A stretch of DNA of 64,000 nt from a virus (taxonomy: Duplodnaviria; Caudoviricetes): positions 64,001 through 128,000 of IMG/VR virus record IMGVR_UViG_3300047160_009226. One strand, 5' to 3'. The notes below the pieces were generated by a model. The model ran no database searches. It was not told the origin of the DNA and worked only from the letters and a program-made list of their open reading frames with translations. The translations under genes were made by a program, and so were the position numbers. Positions 16,967 to 26,104 of the stretch are shown here, in pieces. Every line of letters begins with the position of its first letter. Within the stretch, counting starts at the first letter, position 1.

Positions 16967-18223
16967 CTAAACACCTCGAATAAAATCATTAATCAGTGAT
17001 TCCATTTTATGCTTATCCCAGTATGGAATCACCAACAAAGGAACTCCATTATCATCAGCATACTGTTTTTTAATCTGATCACGTTTTTGGATCTTCTCAA
17101 GTTCAGCCTCCCTTTCTTCCTTAGTCCTAGAAGAACCTCGACGACTTGGTTCATAATGATGAAGACCCTGATATTCAATTAGAAACCGCTTCCTATCGGG
17201 AAGCCAAACCAGAAAATCAAAAGGAAGATGACACTGATACTTACAATCATCAAACCTGACTTCTCGTTCAAACCGATATCCTCGCTGAGAAAGAATTGAA
17301 ACAATGGCTTTCTCACCTTGTGATTCGTTACAATAAGGGCAACTACGCTCATTTGACATTCGTCCGTTAATCGAAACATTCCACTCGTGCTCGTCTACAG
17401 TTAGACATCTCCACCAAACTCTTCTACTAGAACCAAAAGTAACGTTCTGAGGCGTCAAAGAACCATTTCTAATGGGATGCCATTGTGCTGCTAATTCAGG
17501 ATGCGTCGTTGCTAAACAATTTGATGGTACAACCACTCGACCGCTGCAACAAGCACACCCATTACCATTTAACCGACTAGCTATCGTAGCTTCCCACTCA
17601 TGATCCGAGACAACAGGACATCTCCACCACGCCTTCTTAGTAGAAGTAGCAACAATATCATACGATGTCAGAGATCCATTTTTAATAGGGTGCCATTGAA
17701 CCGCCAATTCAGGATGCGTTGTCATCAAACAATTTGAAATAACCGCAGTGCGATTAGCACAACACGGACAACCAATACCCTTCTTAGCTCGATTACTTAC
17801 CCATGATTCCCATTCATGATCATCAGCAACTGGGCACTTCCACCAGACCTTCCTGTAAGAACCAGAGACAACATCATATGGTGTTAGAGAACCATTCTTA
17901 GTCGGATGCCACTGAGCCGCCAGGTCCGTGTGAGTTATCACTAAACAATTCGATGGTACTACAAGCTGCCGTGAGCAACAAGGACAGCCGCTATTAAAAA
18001 AAGTTCTACCACTTACCTTCACTCGCCATTCATGATCGTCAGCAACTGGACACTTCCACCATATCATCTTGTTAGATCCAAAACTTATATTATCAGGTGT
18101 CAAAAAACCGTTTCTAGTCGGATGCCACTGTGCTGCCAATTCAGGATGTGTAAAAGACAGTCTGTTCTGATCGCTAAGCCTAGCCACAATACACCCCGTC
18201 AAGAAAACCCGGGCTCCAATCAT
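16967..18223 (-). CDS. Zinc-ribbon repeat protein with C-terminal Vsr/EDxHD-like endonuclease (putative homing endonuclease)
   Basis: Four ~70-aa THPELAAQWHP...VWWKC...HEW...GCPCC repeats, then LPFDF...LIEYQGLHHY. Confidence 0.8.
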   Translation of the reverse strand: MIGARVFLTGCIVARLSDQNRLSFTHPELAAQWHPTRNGFLTPDNISFGSNKMIWWKCPVADDHEWRVKVSGRTFFNSGCPCCSRQLVVPSNCLVITHTDLAAQWHPTKNGSLTPYDVVSGSYRKVWWKCPVADDHEWESWVSNRAKKGIGCPCCANRTAVISNCLMTTHPELAVQWHPIKNGSLTSYDIVATSTKKAWWRCPVVSDHEWEATIASRLNGNGCACCSGRVVVPSNCLATTHPELAAQWHPIRNGSLTPQNVTFGSSRRVWWRCLTVDEHEWNVSINGRMSNERSCPYCNESQGEKAIVSILSQRGYRFEREVRFDDCKYQCHLPFDFLVWLPDRKRFLIEYQGLHHYEPSRRGSSRTKEEREAELEKIQKRDQIKKQYADDNGVPLLVIPYWDKHKMESLINDFIRGV

Positions 18224-18232
18224 TTGGAGCCC
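18211..18232 (-). promoter_or_regulatory. Hairpin holding the endonuclease start codon in its loop
   Basis: 9-bp perfect stem GGGCTCCAA/TTGGAGCCC, minus-strand loop ATGA. Confidence 0.55.
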
Positions 18233-18245
18233 AGATAAAATCACC

Positions 18246-20399
18246 TCAGTTGCTGAACTGCCACTGACGAGGATACCTCTTCAAGATGTGCCACGCCGCC
18301 AAAAGCTCGTTCACATCATTCAAACCGGCCAAGGCAAGCAAGTGACCCCTCATCGTATCTGGCCGATTAAATCCCTGGAAGTCCTTGGCAACAGCCCCGT
18401 CACACACACTGGCCATGAAGCGAATTCCCTTCCGAATCTCATCGGCAAGAGTCGGTGTAATAATTGGTTCAATCCAGTTGTTCCGGGAACGCTCCGAAAC
18501 CAAAATCCCTTCAACCTTTGACTTCGCCCGGATCACCTTCTCAGCTTCTGCCTGCGCCTTGACCTTTGCCTCCAATTCCTGTGCAGCCTTCAGGATCGCG
18601 TCCATACGATCCTGATACTCCTGCTGCGTCTCCCCTTTAACCGTCACCTGCGACCCCTGAGGAGCCACAGGAGCCGCCGCGGTAACCGTCGCGTCGATCG
18701 CGTTAGCGATCAATGCCATCTTCTTAGCGATCAAGCTGTGGATATGCTTCTCCAGCGGATGACGCGTGATCAACCGAGTAATCTGGCAAGGCTTGGTCTG
18801 TCCGATACGGCAGATTCGGTCCTCAGCCTGAATGTTGTTCGCGGGCGTCCAGTTGAGATCATTAAAGATCGCCTTCCATGCATGAGTCAGAGTCAGACCA
18901 GTACCACCCGCAGTAATCGTGAGCGCGATTCCCTTCAACTGACCCGCCTGGAAGGCGTCGATGACTGCCTGACGATCCTCCGGCTTCATTCCACCCTTGA
19001 TCACACCCCAGCCCTGTCGAGCACCACAAGCGTCCACAGGAGCGATGTGATCAGAGAAGACAACCAACGGGATGTTCTGCTCTTCGTGTTCTTCAACCAT
19101 TTCCAGAAGAGCAGGAATCTTGGCGATAGCAAGCTCGTTCTTGATCTTACTGAACTCTTCGAACCCAGGAAGCGTCTGCTCAACTTCCAACAGATCGCCC
19201 TGTTCCGCCCAAACCGCGTCGAGCTGCGACTGAAGATGATCCGGGATGTCATTGACTTCGACGTCCTGATACGTCTTCTTCGGCAGGTCCGGAAGAACTT
19301 CGGTCCGAATCCGACGAAGCATGACTCGACGGAGCCGTTCCGGAACCGACCGGTCAACCTCAGTGCTCCATTCGATACCGCCCCACTTGCTCTTGGTCCG
19401 TGCACCGAAAAGACGCTTGAAATTGGTCCAACTACCGAAAGCTTCGTGTTGAAGACCAGCCGCACCGAGGACACTCCAGAGATTCCCCGGATTCGTCGTC
19501 AGAGCCGTCCCGGTGAGAAACCACACACGGCTAACCAAGTTCGCGAAGTTCTTGACCTTACGAGAACGTTGCGCCTTGTAGTTGGTCAAGAAATGAGCCT
19601 CATCGACGATCAACGTAATTCCCTTCAGTCGATCCAGTCCCTTCGGAAGATTAGCAACCGCCGTCTCATCCGTGGCGTCGTAGTTGAGCCACTTGGGAAG
19701 AATGTCATAGTTGACCACCACGATCTCGTTGGCTTTGGGGACCGGAAAACCACCCGTCTTCCGATCGTGCGACGACAGAACACGCACCGAAAACTCAGGA
19801 CGCCACTTAGCTGCTTCCTTCGCCCAATTGTATTTGAGTGTGTTCGGGCAGATCACGATCACCCGGTCGTCCTTAGCCAGTGACAGAAGCGCCTGAATCG
19901 TTTTGCCAAGACCCATGTCGTCACCGAGGAGCGCCCGGTCGCGGCGAGACAACCACTGCACACCCTTCTCCTGAAACGGATACAGACCAGCCGGAAGAAC
20001 CGCGTAGTCAGCCTGACTGAGCGTCCGAAGAACCGGATCGACCTGCAACTGCAACTGATCAGCAATCTCCAGGACTCGCATCCGATCCTGATCAGCCACA
20101 CTCACTGACCACTGCTTCCGACCGCCACAACCGCACTGGCAATCCTTCGCATGCCACTTGGCTCCCGGCATGGCTTGCAGCAAGGCCAAATTGTCCGGCT
20201 CGTATGGCATGGTGACGTAACCGTCCAGACCAAGCTTGCGCTCCGTCGAAGGAGCCTGACGCGCCTGGATCTGCTCTGGAGCGTGCGCCTTACAGTACGT
20301 CTGCCACGGTCCACGAACGTTCGACGCGAAACCCTTGCCCGTCTCAACCATCGTCCCGCACACACAGCACTTCTTGTCAAACTTGTTCAAAATCTGCAT
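18246..20399 (-). CDS. SNF2-family (HARP/SMARCAL1-like) helicase/translocase
   Basis: DDMGLGKT, IVDEAH, LTGT, VVFS, QAEDRICRIGQ. Confidence 0.92.
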   Translation of the reverse strand: MQILNKFDKKCCVCGTMVETGKGFASNVRGPWQTYCKAHAPEQIQARQAPSTERKLGLDGYVTMPYEPDNLALLQAMPGAKWHAKDCQCGCGGRKQWSVSVADQDRMRVLEIADQLQLQVDPVLRTLSQADYAVLPAGLYPFQEKGVQWLSRRDRALLGDDMGLGKTIQALLSLAKDDRVIVICPNTLKYNWAKEAAKWRPEFSVRVLSSHDRKTGGFPVPKANEIVVVNYDILPKWLNYDATDETAVANLPKGLDRLKGITLIVDEAHFLTNYKAQRSRKVKNFANLVSRVWFLTGTALTTNPGNLWSVLGAAGLQHEAFGSWTNFKRLFGARTKSKWGGIEWSTEVDRSVPERLRRVMLRRIRTEVLPDLPKKTYQDVEVNDIPDHLQSQLDAVWAEQGDLLEVEQTLPGFEEFSKIKNELAIAKIPALLEMVEEHEEQNIPLVVFSDHIAPVDACGARQGWGVIKGGMKPEDRQAVIDAFQAGQLKGIALTITAGGTGLTLTHAWKAIFNDLNWTPANNIQAEDRICRIGQTKPCQITRLITRHPLEKHIHSLIAKKMALIANAIDATVTAAAPVAPQGSQVTVKGETQQEYQDRMDAILKAAQELEAKVKAQAEAEKVIRAKSKVEGILVSERSRNNWIEPIITPTLADEIRKGIRFMASVCDGAVAKDFQGFNRPDTMRGHLLALAGLNDVNELLAAWHILKRYPRQWQFSN

Positions 20400-20451
20400 T
20401 GATGTTCCCTTGTTGTCAACTTGTTCGTGTGAAGCACTCGCCTCACATGAT

Positions 20452-20480
20452 ACTATACTATCACCGCGAGTTTTTTTCTC
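20452..20480 (-). promoter_or_regulatory. Phage promoter P5
   Basis: GAGAAA-N17-TATAGT. Confidence 0.8.
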
Positions 20481-20509
20481 GTCTTTTCCATGAATCTCAG
20501 AAAGTTTTA

Positions 20510-20767
20510 TCAGGCGTCGATCCGTTTAGCGGACCAGTCCGAAAAGACCATGTACGTGTGACCGTCGTTCCCCTGAAAATGCTGCACCTTCCGACCATCC
20601 GGCATCACATGCCGCCCCGGCAGCATCTTCACGCCCGTAACCTGGCGATACTTGTCGGTGTTGAAGAGAAAATCGTCGTGCTTCATAAGGAACAGCACGT
20701 TCTGATGACCGTTGTAGTTCCCACACAGCACGATGGACTTCTCAACCTTCTTATTCGCGGCTTTCAT
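20510..20767 (-). CDS. Small hypothetical protein
   Basis: AAGGA SD; directly downstream of P6. Confidence 0.7.
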   Translation of the reverse strand: MKAANKKVEKSIVLCGNYNGHQNVLFLMKHDDFLFNTDKYRQVTGVKMLPGRHVMPDGRKVQHFQGNDGHTYMVFSDWSAKRIDA

Positions 20768-20809
20768 TGGTGTTCCTTTGTTCTCTATAAGACATCCATC
20801 TCACACAAT

Positions 20810-20838
20810 ACTATACTCGAACTACAAGTATTTTTCTT
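20810..20838 (-). promoter_or_regulatory. Phage promoter P6 (AAGAAA-N17-TATAGT)
   Basis: Consensus match. Confidence 0.75.
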
Positions 20839-20876
20839 TTCTTTTGGGCCTCCATGCCCACTTTTTCTCCCAAGCG

Positions 20877-21278
20877 TTACTTACCACCATGAGCAAACCA
20901 CCAGCGGGCGTCCCGATCCATCTGTCTGTAGTCATAGAACTCCTTCAATCCCAGCTTACGGAAACCCGCCATCTCAACTAGCCACAAACCGCCGCAGATG
21001 ATTACGTCTCCGACCGATACACTCCGCATCGGCTGCGGCTGGAAGTCGTTCTGGCCGTACTGAAAGATCAAGTCTAAGGCCTCGTCAGTCTTGAGGTCTG
21101 GTTTGTTCGGAATCTCGACTGTACGCGTCGGCACCTCTGACATGGTAGGATACTTGCCGTTCTCGAACGCTAGCATCTTGACCATGAACCGCCTGGTCGG
21201 CATCGCGTCGAACTCTTCCTTGACCTTGCGGGCTTCAGCTTCCATGTCCTCACGATAAACGTCGTTTGTCGTCCACAT
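20877..21278 (-). CDS. YodL-like domain protein
   Basis: LDLIFQYGQNDFQPQPMRSVSVGDVI resembles the YodL SxSVxDVV motif. Confidence 0.5.
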   Translation of the reverse strand: MWTTNDVYREDMEAEARKVKEEFDAMPTRRFMVKMLAFENGKYPTMSEVPTRTVEIPNKPDLKTDEALDLIFQYGQNDFQPQPMRSVSVGDVIICGGLWLVEMAGFRKLGLKEFYDYRQMDRDARWWFAHGGK

Positions 21279-21336
21279 CTTCGTCTTGTCCTTGTTCGTT
21301 GTAAACTTATACTGATTGAGACACGAGTCTCATAGT

Positions 21337-21365
21337 ACTATACTCTAACTATTATCGTTTTTCTC
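21337..21365 (-). promoter_or_regulatory. Phage promoter P7
   Basis: GAGAAA-N17-TATAGT. Confidence 0.8.
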
Positions 21366-21380
21366 ATCTTTTTGATAAAG

Positions 21381-21815
21381 TCAACTGTCCATTATCTTAG
21401 ATATAGCCGCCGATCCATCAAATGGACGTCCCTCCTTTTCAGCCTGCTCTCTCTCCGCCCGTAACTTTGCCAATCTCTCCTCCACCTCCTCCATGGACAA
21501 ACCAGCACGAATTCGCTCATTACCCGATTCAGAAGTGCGGACATCATTGTCGACTTTGCGGTGATGACCTACCAGCTGTGCCAACTCTTCCACCCACGGT
21601 CCCTGATCGCTTTCTCCCACCCTGACCCATCCATTCGCAACAAATCGTCTCAATCGCTTATTCATCATAGCAGTCGGAATGCAAGAGAACCTTACCAACA
21701 CCTTAATAGATGGCCATTTTCGATCTCCAAATTGTGCCATCAATTTACGAAAAGCCTGCTCGTCACGCTTCCTCAGATCTCGCTGAGAAAAACTCTGCGG
21801 CGAGTTATGATCCAT
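21381..21815 (-). CDS. Hypothetical protein (possible winged HTH)
   Basis: 144-aa ORF; LRRFVANGWVRV wing-like segment. Confidence 0.55.
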   Translation of the reverse strand: MDHNSPQSFSQRDLRKRDEQAFRKLMAQFGDRKWPSIKVLVRFSCIPTAMMNKRLRRFVANGWVRVGESDQGPWVEELAQLVGHHRKVDNDVRTSESGNERIRAGLSMEEVEERLAKLRAEREQAEKEGRPFDGSAAISKIMDS

Positions 21816-21864
21816 TAGTTTCTCCTGTCAAAATAATTGTGGCATGCCTGCCACTCGATCCCAT

Positions 21865-22065
21865 CTAAAATGCTAAATCATCACCTTTCTTCTGAAAAGG
21901 CTCATTAGCAATAGTCTCGATGGCGTGTCCCACCGATTCTTGGGCCTTTTCCAGAGCACGAATCTGAGCGTCCGGTCCCTCAGGTTTGAGTTCGCGGGCC
22001 TTGTCCAAGTGTTGCTTAGCCTCATCAATGTAGGCGTCGGCGTTCTTGTCCTTAGTCTCGCTCAT
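21865..22065 (-). CDS. Small helical hypothetical protein
   Basis: 66-aa ORF with coupled overlap. Confidence 0.6.
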   Translation of the reverse strand: MSETKDKNADAYIDEAKQHLDKARELKPEGPDAQIRALEKAQESVGHAIETIANEPFQKKGDDLAF

Positions 22066-22256
22066 GATAATGACTCCTTCTGTAGGGGACTAATCGGTTT
22101 GAGAGTGTCGTCCAACCTAGCCATACATCTCATGCAGTCACATGCCATACGGGAAGCATCCGCCCGATGACCACACTTATGACAATATACAGGGCGACCA
22201 TCAGAATGAGTTTCATTCTCAGTATGACACCAACTGCAAGTCCTGATAGATCTCAT
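22062..22256 (-). CDS. Small zinc-ribbon protein
   Basis: CSWC...CHKC...CDCMRC. Confidence 0.6.
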   Translation of the reverse strand: MRSIRTCSWCHTENETHSDGRPVYCHKCGHRADASRMACDCMRCMARLDDTLKPISPLQKESLS

Positions 22257-22270
22257 GGAATCCCTCAGGG

Positions 22271-22657
22271 CTAATTCGGAAGATTCTCCAGTTCATCCGC
22301 TAGATCGCATTCCGGCATGTCAAGATCGTTTGGGAAATCGACATCCACACTATCGGTACTAAAAGCCTCGTATTCGTCCTTCCATGCTAAGTAATCCTGG
22401 CCGTTCTCACTCTCCTGCCAGTCCTCAGTTTCTCCGTCGTAATAATATTGCATATCCCAAGCAATACTCTCAACCCATTCCTTGGCCTCCTCAATTTTTT
22501 CGTTCAGGATGTTCAACTTCCCCTGGACCTTATCTTTCTCTTCCTCCATCACGACATTGTATCCTTTGATGGCGGTTTCCAGTTCAGCGTGGGCAGCCCT
22601 GATCGCGTCGATCAGTGCTAGCTTTTTCTTCTCTTGCTCTTTGTCAAGTGCCGTCAT
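22271..22657 (-). CDS. Acidic coiled-coil hypothetical protein
   Basis: 128 aa, GGAG SD. Confidence 0.65.
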   Translation of the reverse strand: MTALDKEQEKKKLALIDAIRAAHAELETAIKGYNVVMEEEKDKVQGKLNILNEKIEEAKEWVESIAWDMQYYYDGETEDWQESENGQDYLAWKDEYEAFSTDSVDVDFPNDLDMPECDLADELENLPN

Positions 22658-22688
22658 GTCTCACTCCTGGTAAAACTTGTCAACTTCT

Positions 22689-22943
22689 CTACCCCACTAG
22701 TTTAGCATGAATCCTTCCAATAGACGTGAGAGCAACTTTCCAAAGTATTGCTCCCTTCACCGTCTTGCCAGAGGAGATCGACTGATATCTATCAACCTTC
22801 TCTATTAAACCCCTGCGAATCAACTGACGAGCAATATCAGGAGAAATCCAATCATGCCCGTTGTTTCGGTACACTCTCAACAGAATGGTTTCCTGACGCA
22901 CTGTCAAAGCGCGATATCTCCTCATTACACTTTTCGTCTGCAC
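22689..22943 (-). CDS. Small basic HTH-like protein
   Basis: LTVRQETIL...IARQLIRRGLIEK. Confidence 0.55.
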   Translation of the reverse strand: MQTKSVMRRYRALTVRQETILLRVYRNNGHDWISPDIARQLIRRGLIEKVDRYQSISSGKTVKGAILWKVALTSIGRIHAKLVG

Positions 22944-22965
22944 GGATGCCTCTCGTCGTTAAACT

Positions 22966-23250
22966 TTAAACTTTTTCGTCAGCGAGAATGCTCATTCCGA
23001 TGGAAGTATTCCTAGCCAACTGAATGCATTCTTCAAGAGTCTGAGCCCCATCGAAGTACTGACCACCCTTGATCTTGATATTCCAGTGAGTTCGCTCTCC
23101 GGTCTCAGACCGAAGCATCCGATCGAACTCGTAAACGGAACCATCAATGGTGTACTGATAATGGCCATTAAAAACTTTCTTAAGCGCTTTTCTAGCCACG
23201 ATCTCGTCTCCCCTCTTCAATGAACCCCACTGCCATCTTACTATACCCAT
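22966..23250 (-). CDS. Hypothetical protein (start uncertain, overlaps P8)
   Basis: Track ATG lies in the P8 spacer; TTG at 23220 is an alternative start. Confidence 0.55.
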   Translation of the reverse strand: MGIVRWQWGSLKRGDEIVARKALKKVFNGHYQYTIDGSVYEFDRMLRSETGERTHWNIKIKGGQYFDGAQTLEECIQLARNTSIGMSILADEKV

Positions 23251-23268
23251 AGCATGATAGTTTTTCTC
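23240..23268 (-). promoter_or_regulatory. Phage promoter P8
   Basis: GAGAAA-N17-TATAGT. Confidence 0.75.
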
Positions 23269-23298
23269 CTATTTTTCAATAATAATCTATCGAATAAA

Positions 23299-23347
23299 AC
23301 TCGATGGGCTGCACTGACACCATAGATATCAGTGCAGTCTATCGAGT
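23299..23347. repeat. Palindrome A flanking the RICIN-calpain gene
   Basis: 19-bp stem (2 G-T pairs) ACTCGATGGGCTGCACTGA / TCAGTGCAGTCTATCGAGT, loop CACCATAGATA. Confidence 0.85.
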
Positions 23348-23467
23348 AAATCCGTCACCTACCCACCAGCTCCGTACTGGACAGCCGTAGAATTCCAACT
23401 ATCGCGGAGACCAAGTGTGGTGGTACCCATCTTGTAGTACGGAGTCACAATCGTCATGAAGACGAAG

Positions 23468-25804
23468 TTAGTGACCACTAGGACGTCTGTGCCGGATGAT
23501 CGTGTCCAACACGTTGTCGAGAGTAATCAACGTAGTGGGCTCGCTCACCGCTCCGATAGCATTAATGGCCCCGGTACCGGTGGACTGCGCATCAAAGTTC
23601 TGCACGATCGTCGTCGGACTGGCCCAGAACAGACCATAGTACACACCGGCCGCACCAGGTGCCCAACCCGGTGACGTCGGGGTGGCTGTAGCCGAGGTGG
23701 TGCCCCATGGATTGTATAACTCGTACGGCTGGCTGCTCGCCGGGTTGTAGCCGACAACAGCGTAGACATGGGGGCCGACAATGTGAGAATCGACCGGCGT
23801 GCCAGTGTCCATCACAATGAGTTGGCCTGCATTCCATGCAGCAGCGATGTTGCTGGGGTTGACGGTATAATTCTCACTAGCGGGCTTGCCGGTGATGGCT
23901 TGCAGCGCCGTTGAGGGCCAGCCGCCGTTGATTGCACTGTAGGAGTTTTGGTATGTCTGAGCAGCCCCCACATAGCCATAGCTGCTGGCCACGACATACG
24001 CCTTCTCGGCCAGAGCAACCCAGAGCACCTGGGTGCCTAGGGCGTTGCCAATATGGGCGTAATAGCTGCCACCGGAGGGGAGTTCCGTATCCACAACAAC
24101 GTGCACTGCAGATCCATTGCTCTCGAAGAATCGGACCGAATAGACTCCAACCGTGGCCCCATTCTCGACGGTTGTTCCGTCGTAAGTAAACATACTCGTG
24201 ATGTCCTGGGGTGCCCTGGCCGCAACTTCAGCCAAACTTCCAAGCAACCAGCAATCTCCAACTTGCCCCTGCTGCACATCCAGATAAGACGGTCCCCCAC
24301 CATTGAAGAGCGGCACACCAGCAGGAGCAGGTGAGTAGGGCGTGTTCGCCGTCGGATTGGAGGACGGAACTGGAACAGGAGCCGGAGTCAGCAGATGCAA
24401 CACCCATTCCTGGTTCAGAGCACCATCTCCATGGTACTGAATCACCTGAGTTCCATTGGCAGCCGCCCAGCCATTAGAGTCCAGGTACAGGCCGCTCTTG
24501 GCGTTGACGACGTTATAGTTGCCGTCGCAAAGCTGGACCAGCTTCCATTCTCCGGCGAGAGTACCGTCGTTATGGTACTGGATCATACCGGTCCAGTCAG
24601 CGGTTGACGCATAGCAGTCGTTCAGGTCCAGGCCGCTCTTGGCGTTGACGACGTTATAGTTGCCGTCGGAGAGTTGGACTAGATTCCACTGCTGGTTCTG
24701 ACCACCAGTGTACTGATTTTGAACAACCGGAGCCCAGTCGTAGGGCGATGAGTTGTTGTCCAAGTACTTGCCACTGTAGGCGTTGGAGATCGTAACCGTC
24801 CCGCTGATCGGGGCCGTGGTCAGCGGATGCAGCACCCACTGCTGGTTGTTAATGCCTCCGTTATACTGCCACTGACATGTGAATGCACCGTTGGCAGTCG
24901 AATACCCGTAGTCATCCAGGTACAGATGACTATAGGCATTGATGAGATTGTAATTGCCGTTGGGCAGCAGGACCGGCTTCCACTGCTGGTTCAACCCTCC
25001 ATTGTTGTACCACTGAATCATCCCGTTCCCGTTAGCAGTCGAAAACGCGGCGTCATCCAGATTCTTGCCACTCTGGACGTTGACAACGTTGTAGTTGCCG
25101 TTGGAAAGCTGGACCATCTTCCACTGCTGATTCTGACCACCAGTATACCGATTCTGGACGATCGAAGCCGCGTCATATAATGACGAGTTGTTGTCCAAGT
25201 ACTCATTGCTGCAGACATTGGAGATCGTGAACGTCTGGCCGTTGAGGTTCGATGGTGGAGTCACCACATGCAGAACCCACTGCTGGTTCGTATACCCTCC
25301 GTTGTACTGCCACTGCTGGACCTGAGTGCCATTAGCAGTTAACTGCCACTGAGCATCCACGTACAGACCATTCCAAGCGACAATATCGTAGTTGCCGTTG
25401 GAAAGCGGTGTCACTTTCCACTGTTGGTTGGCATAGCCGCCATTGTTCTGCCACTGCTGGAGCTTGGTGCCGTTGGCCGTCGATCCCCAAGGATCGTCCA
25501 GGTAATCGCCGCTCTGGGCGTTAATGATGCTGTAGCTGCCGTTGGACAACTGGACCAGATTCCATTGCTGGTTGGCAGTGCCGTTGTACGAGTTCTCGAC
25601 GATCGGAGCGCCGTTATTAGTCGCACCGTTGTTGTCCAGATAGTTGCCGGTTTGGACGTTGGAAATCGTGAACGTGGTCAACAACTGGCGATTCTCGACC
25701 TGGTCCAGCGCCGGCCGAAATCGACGTCGAGACTTGGATGACCCAGAACTGGATCGCCCAAAGCCCGTAACACGAGATAAGAAACCTTGACGAATCGTCT
25801 GCAC
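23468..25804 (-). CDS. Planctomycete-type exported protein: three RICIN beta-trefoil lectin domains + calpain-like (C2) cysteine protease
   Basis: AGGAG SD + GTG at 25804; RRRFRPALDQVENRQLLT signal; many QQW repeats; QGQVGDCWLL (Cys), HVYAV (His), YNPWG (Asn). Confidence 0.9.
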   Translation of the reverse strand: MQTIRQGFLSRVTGFGRSSSGSSKSRRRFRPALDQVENRQLLTTFTISNVQTGNYLDNNGATNNGAPIVENSYNGTANQQWNLVQLSNGSYSIINAQSGDYLDDPWGSTANGTKLQQWQNNGGYANQQWKVTPLSNGNYDIVAWNGLYVDAQWQLTANGTQVQQWQYNGGYTNQQWVLHVVTPPSNLNGQTFTISNVCSNEYLDNNSSLYDAASIVQNRYTGGQNQQWKMVQLSNGNYNVVNVQSGKNLDDAAFSTANGNGMIQWYNNGGLNQQWKPVLLPNGNYNLINAYSHLYLDDYGYSTANGAFTCQWQYNGGINNQQWVLHPLTTAPISGTVTISNAYSGKYLDNNSSPYDWAPVVQNQYTGGQNQQWNLVQLSDGNYNVVNAKSGLDLNDCYASTADWTGMIQYHNDGTLAGEWKLVQLCDGNYNVVNAKSGLYLDSNGWAAANGTQVIQYHGDGALNQEWVLHLLTPAPVPVPSSNPTANTPYSPAPAGVPLFNGGGPSYLDVQQGQVGDCWLLGSLAEVAARAPQDITSMFTYDGTTVENGATVGVYSVRFFESNGSAVHVVVDTELPSGGSYYAHIGNALGTQVLWVALAEKAYVVASSYGYVGAAQTYQNSYSAINGGWPSTALQAITGKPASENYTVNPSNIAAAWNAGQLIVMDTGTPVDSHIVGPHVYAVVGYNPASSQPYELYNPWGTTSATATPTSPGWAPGAAGVYYGLFWASPTTIVQNFDAQSTGTGAINAIGAVSEPTTLITLDNVLDTIIRHRRPSGH

Positions 25805-25823
25805 AGAACACACTCCTACTTCG

Positions 25824-25859
25824 GAAAAACTTGAGAAACTTGGGAAACTTGAGAAACTC
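25824..25859. repeat. 4 x 9-bp tandem repeat in the leader of the RICIN-calpain gene
   Basis: GAAAAACTT GAGAAACTT GGGAAACTT GAGAAACTC. Confidence 0.8.
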
Positions 25860-25864
25860 ACCTC

Positions 25865-25914
25865 AACTATTAGCTGCACGGACACCAACACAGTAATCCG
25901 TGCAGCTAACAGTT
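25865..25914. repeat. Palindrome B flanking the RICIN-calpain gene
   Basis: 18-bp stem AACTATTAGCTGCACGGA / TCCGTGCAGCTAACAGTT, loop CACCAACACAGTAA. Confidence 0.85.
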
Positions 25915-25933
25915 ACCTGCTCTGAGTCAGTGC

Positions 25934-26104
25934 TTACTTCTTGATCGGCGACGCCGTGGTGTGGTAACCGGGGTTCTGAGCGACCGCCTGCTTTCGAGCT
26001 TCCTCGTAAGAATTCGCCCGGACATGGGCCTCGCGGTAGCCACTCTCGGTACCATGAGGCTTGTTGGAATCGCGATACATGCGAACCTTGTAATCGTCTG
26101 TCAT
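25934..26104 (-). CDS. Small hypothetical protein (MTDDYKV...)
   Basis: GAGG SD; downstream of P9. Confidence 0.6.
   Translation of the reverse strand: MTDDYKVRMYRDSNKPHGTESGYREAHVRANSYEEARKQAVAQNPGYHTTASPIKK

Noticed and set aside
18738-19883. 381-aa plus-strand ORF
   Set aside because: Antisense shadow of the SNF2 gene in GC-rich sequence; no motifs or RBS.
20399-21001. 200-aa plus-strand ORF and other short plus-strand ORFs throughout the window
   Set aside because: They overlap well-supported minus-strand genes and promoters and show no recognisable domains.
23299-25914. Canonical integron attC sites
   Set aside because: The RYYYAAC/GTTRRRY cores are not properly matched, the elements are short, and no integrase is present; kept only as generic palindromes.
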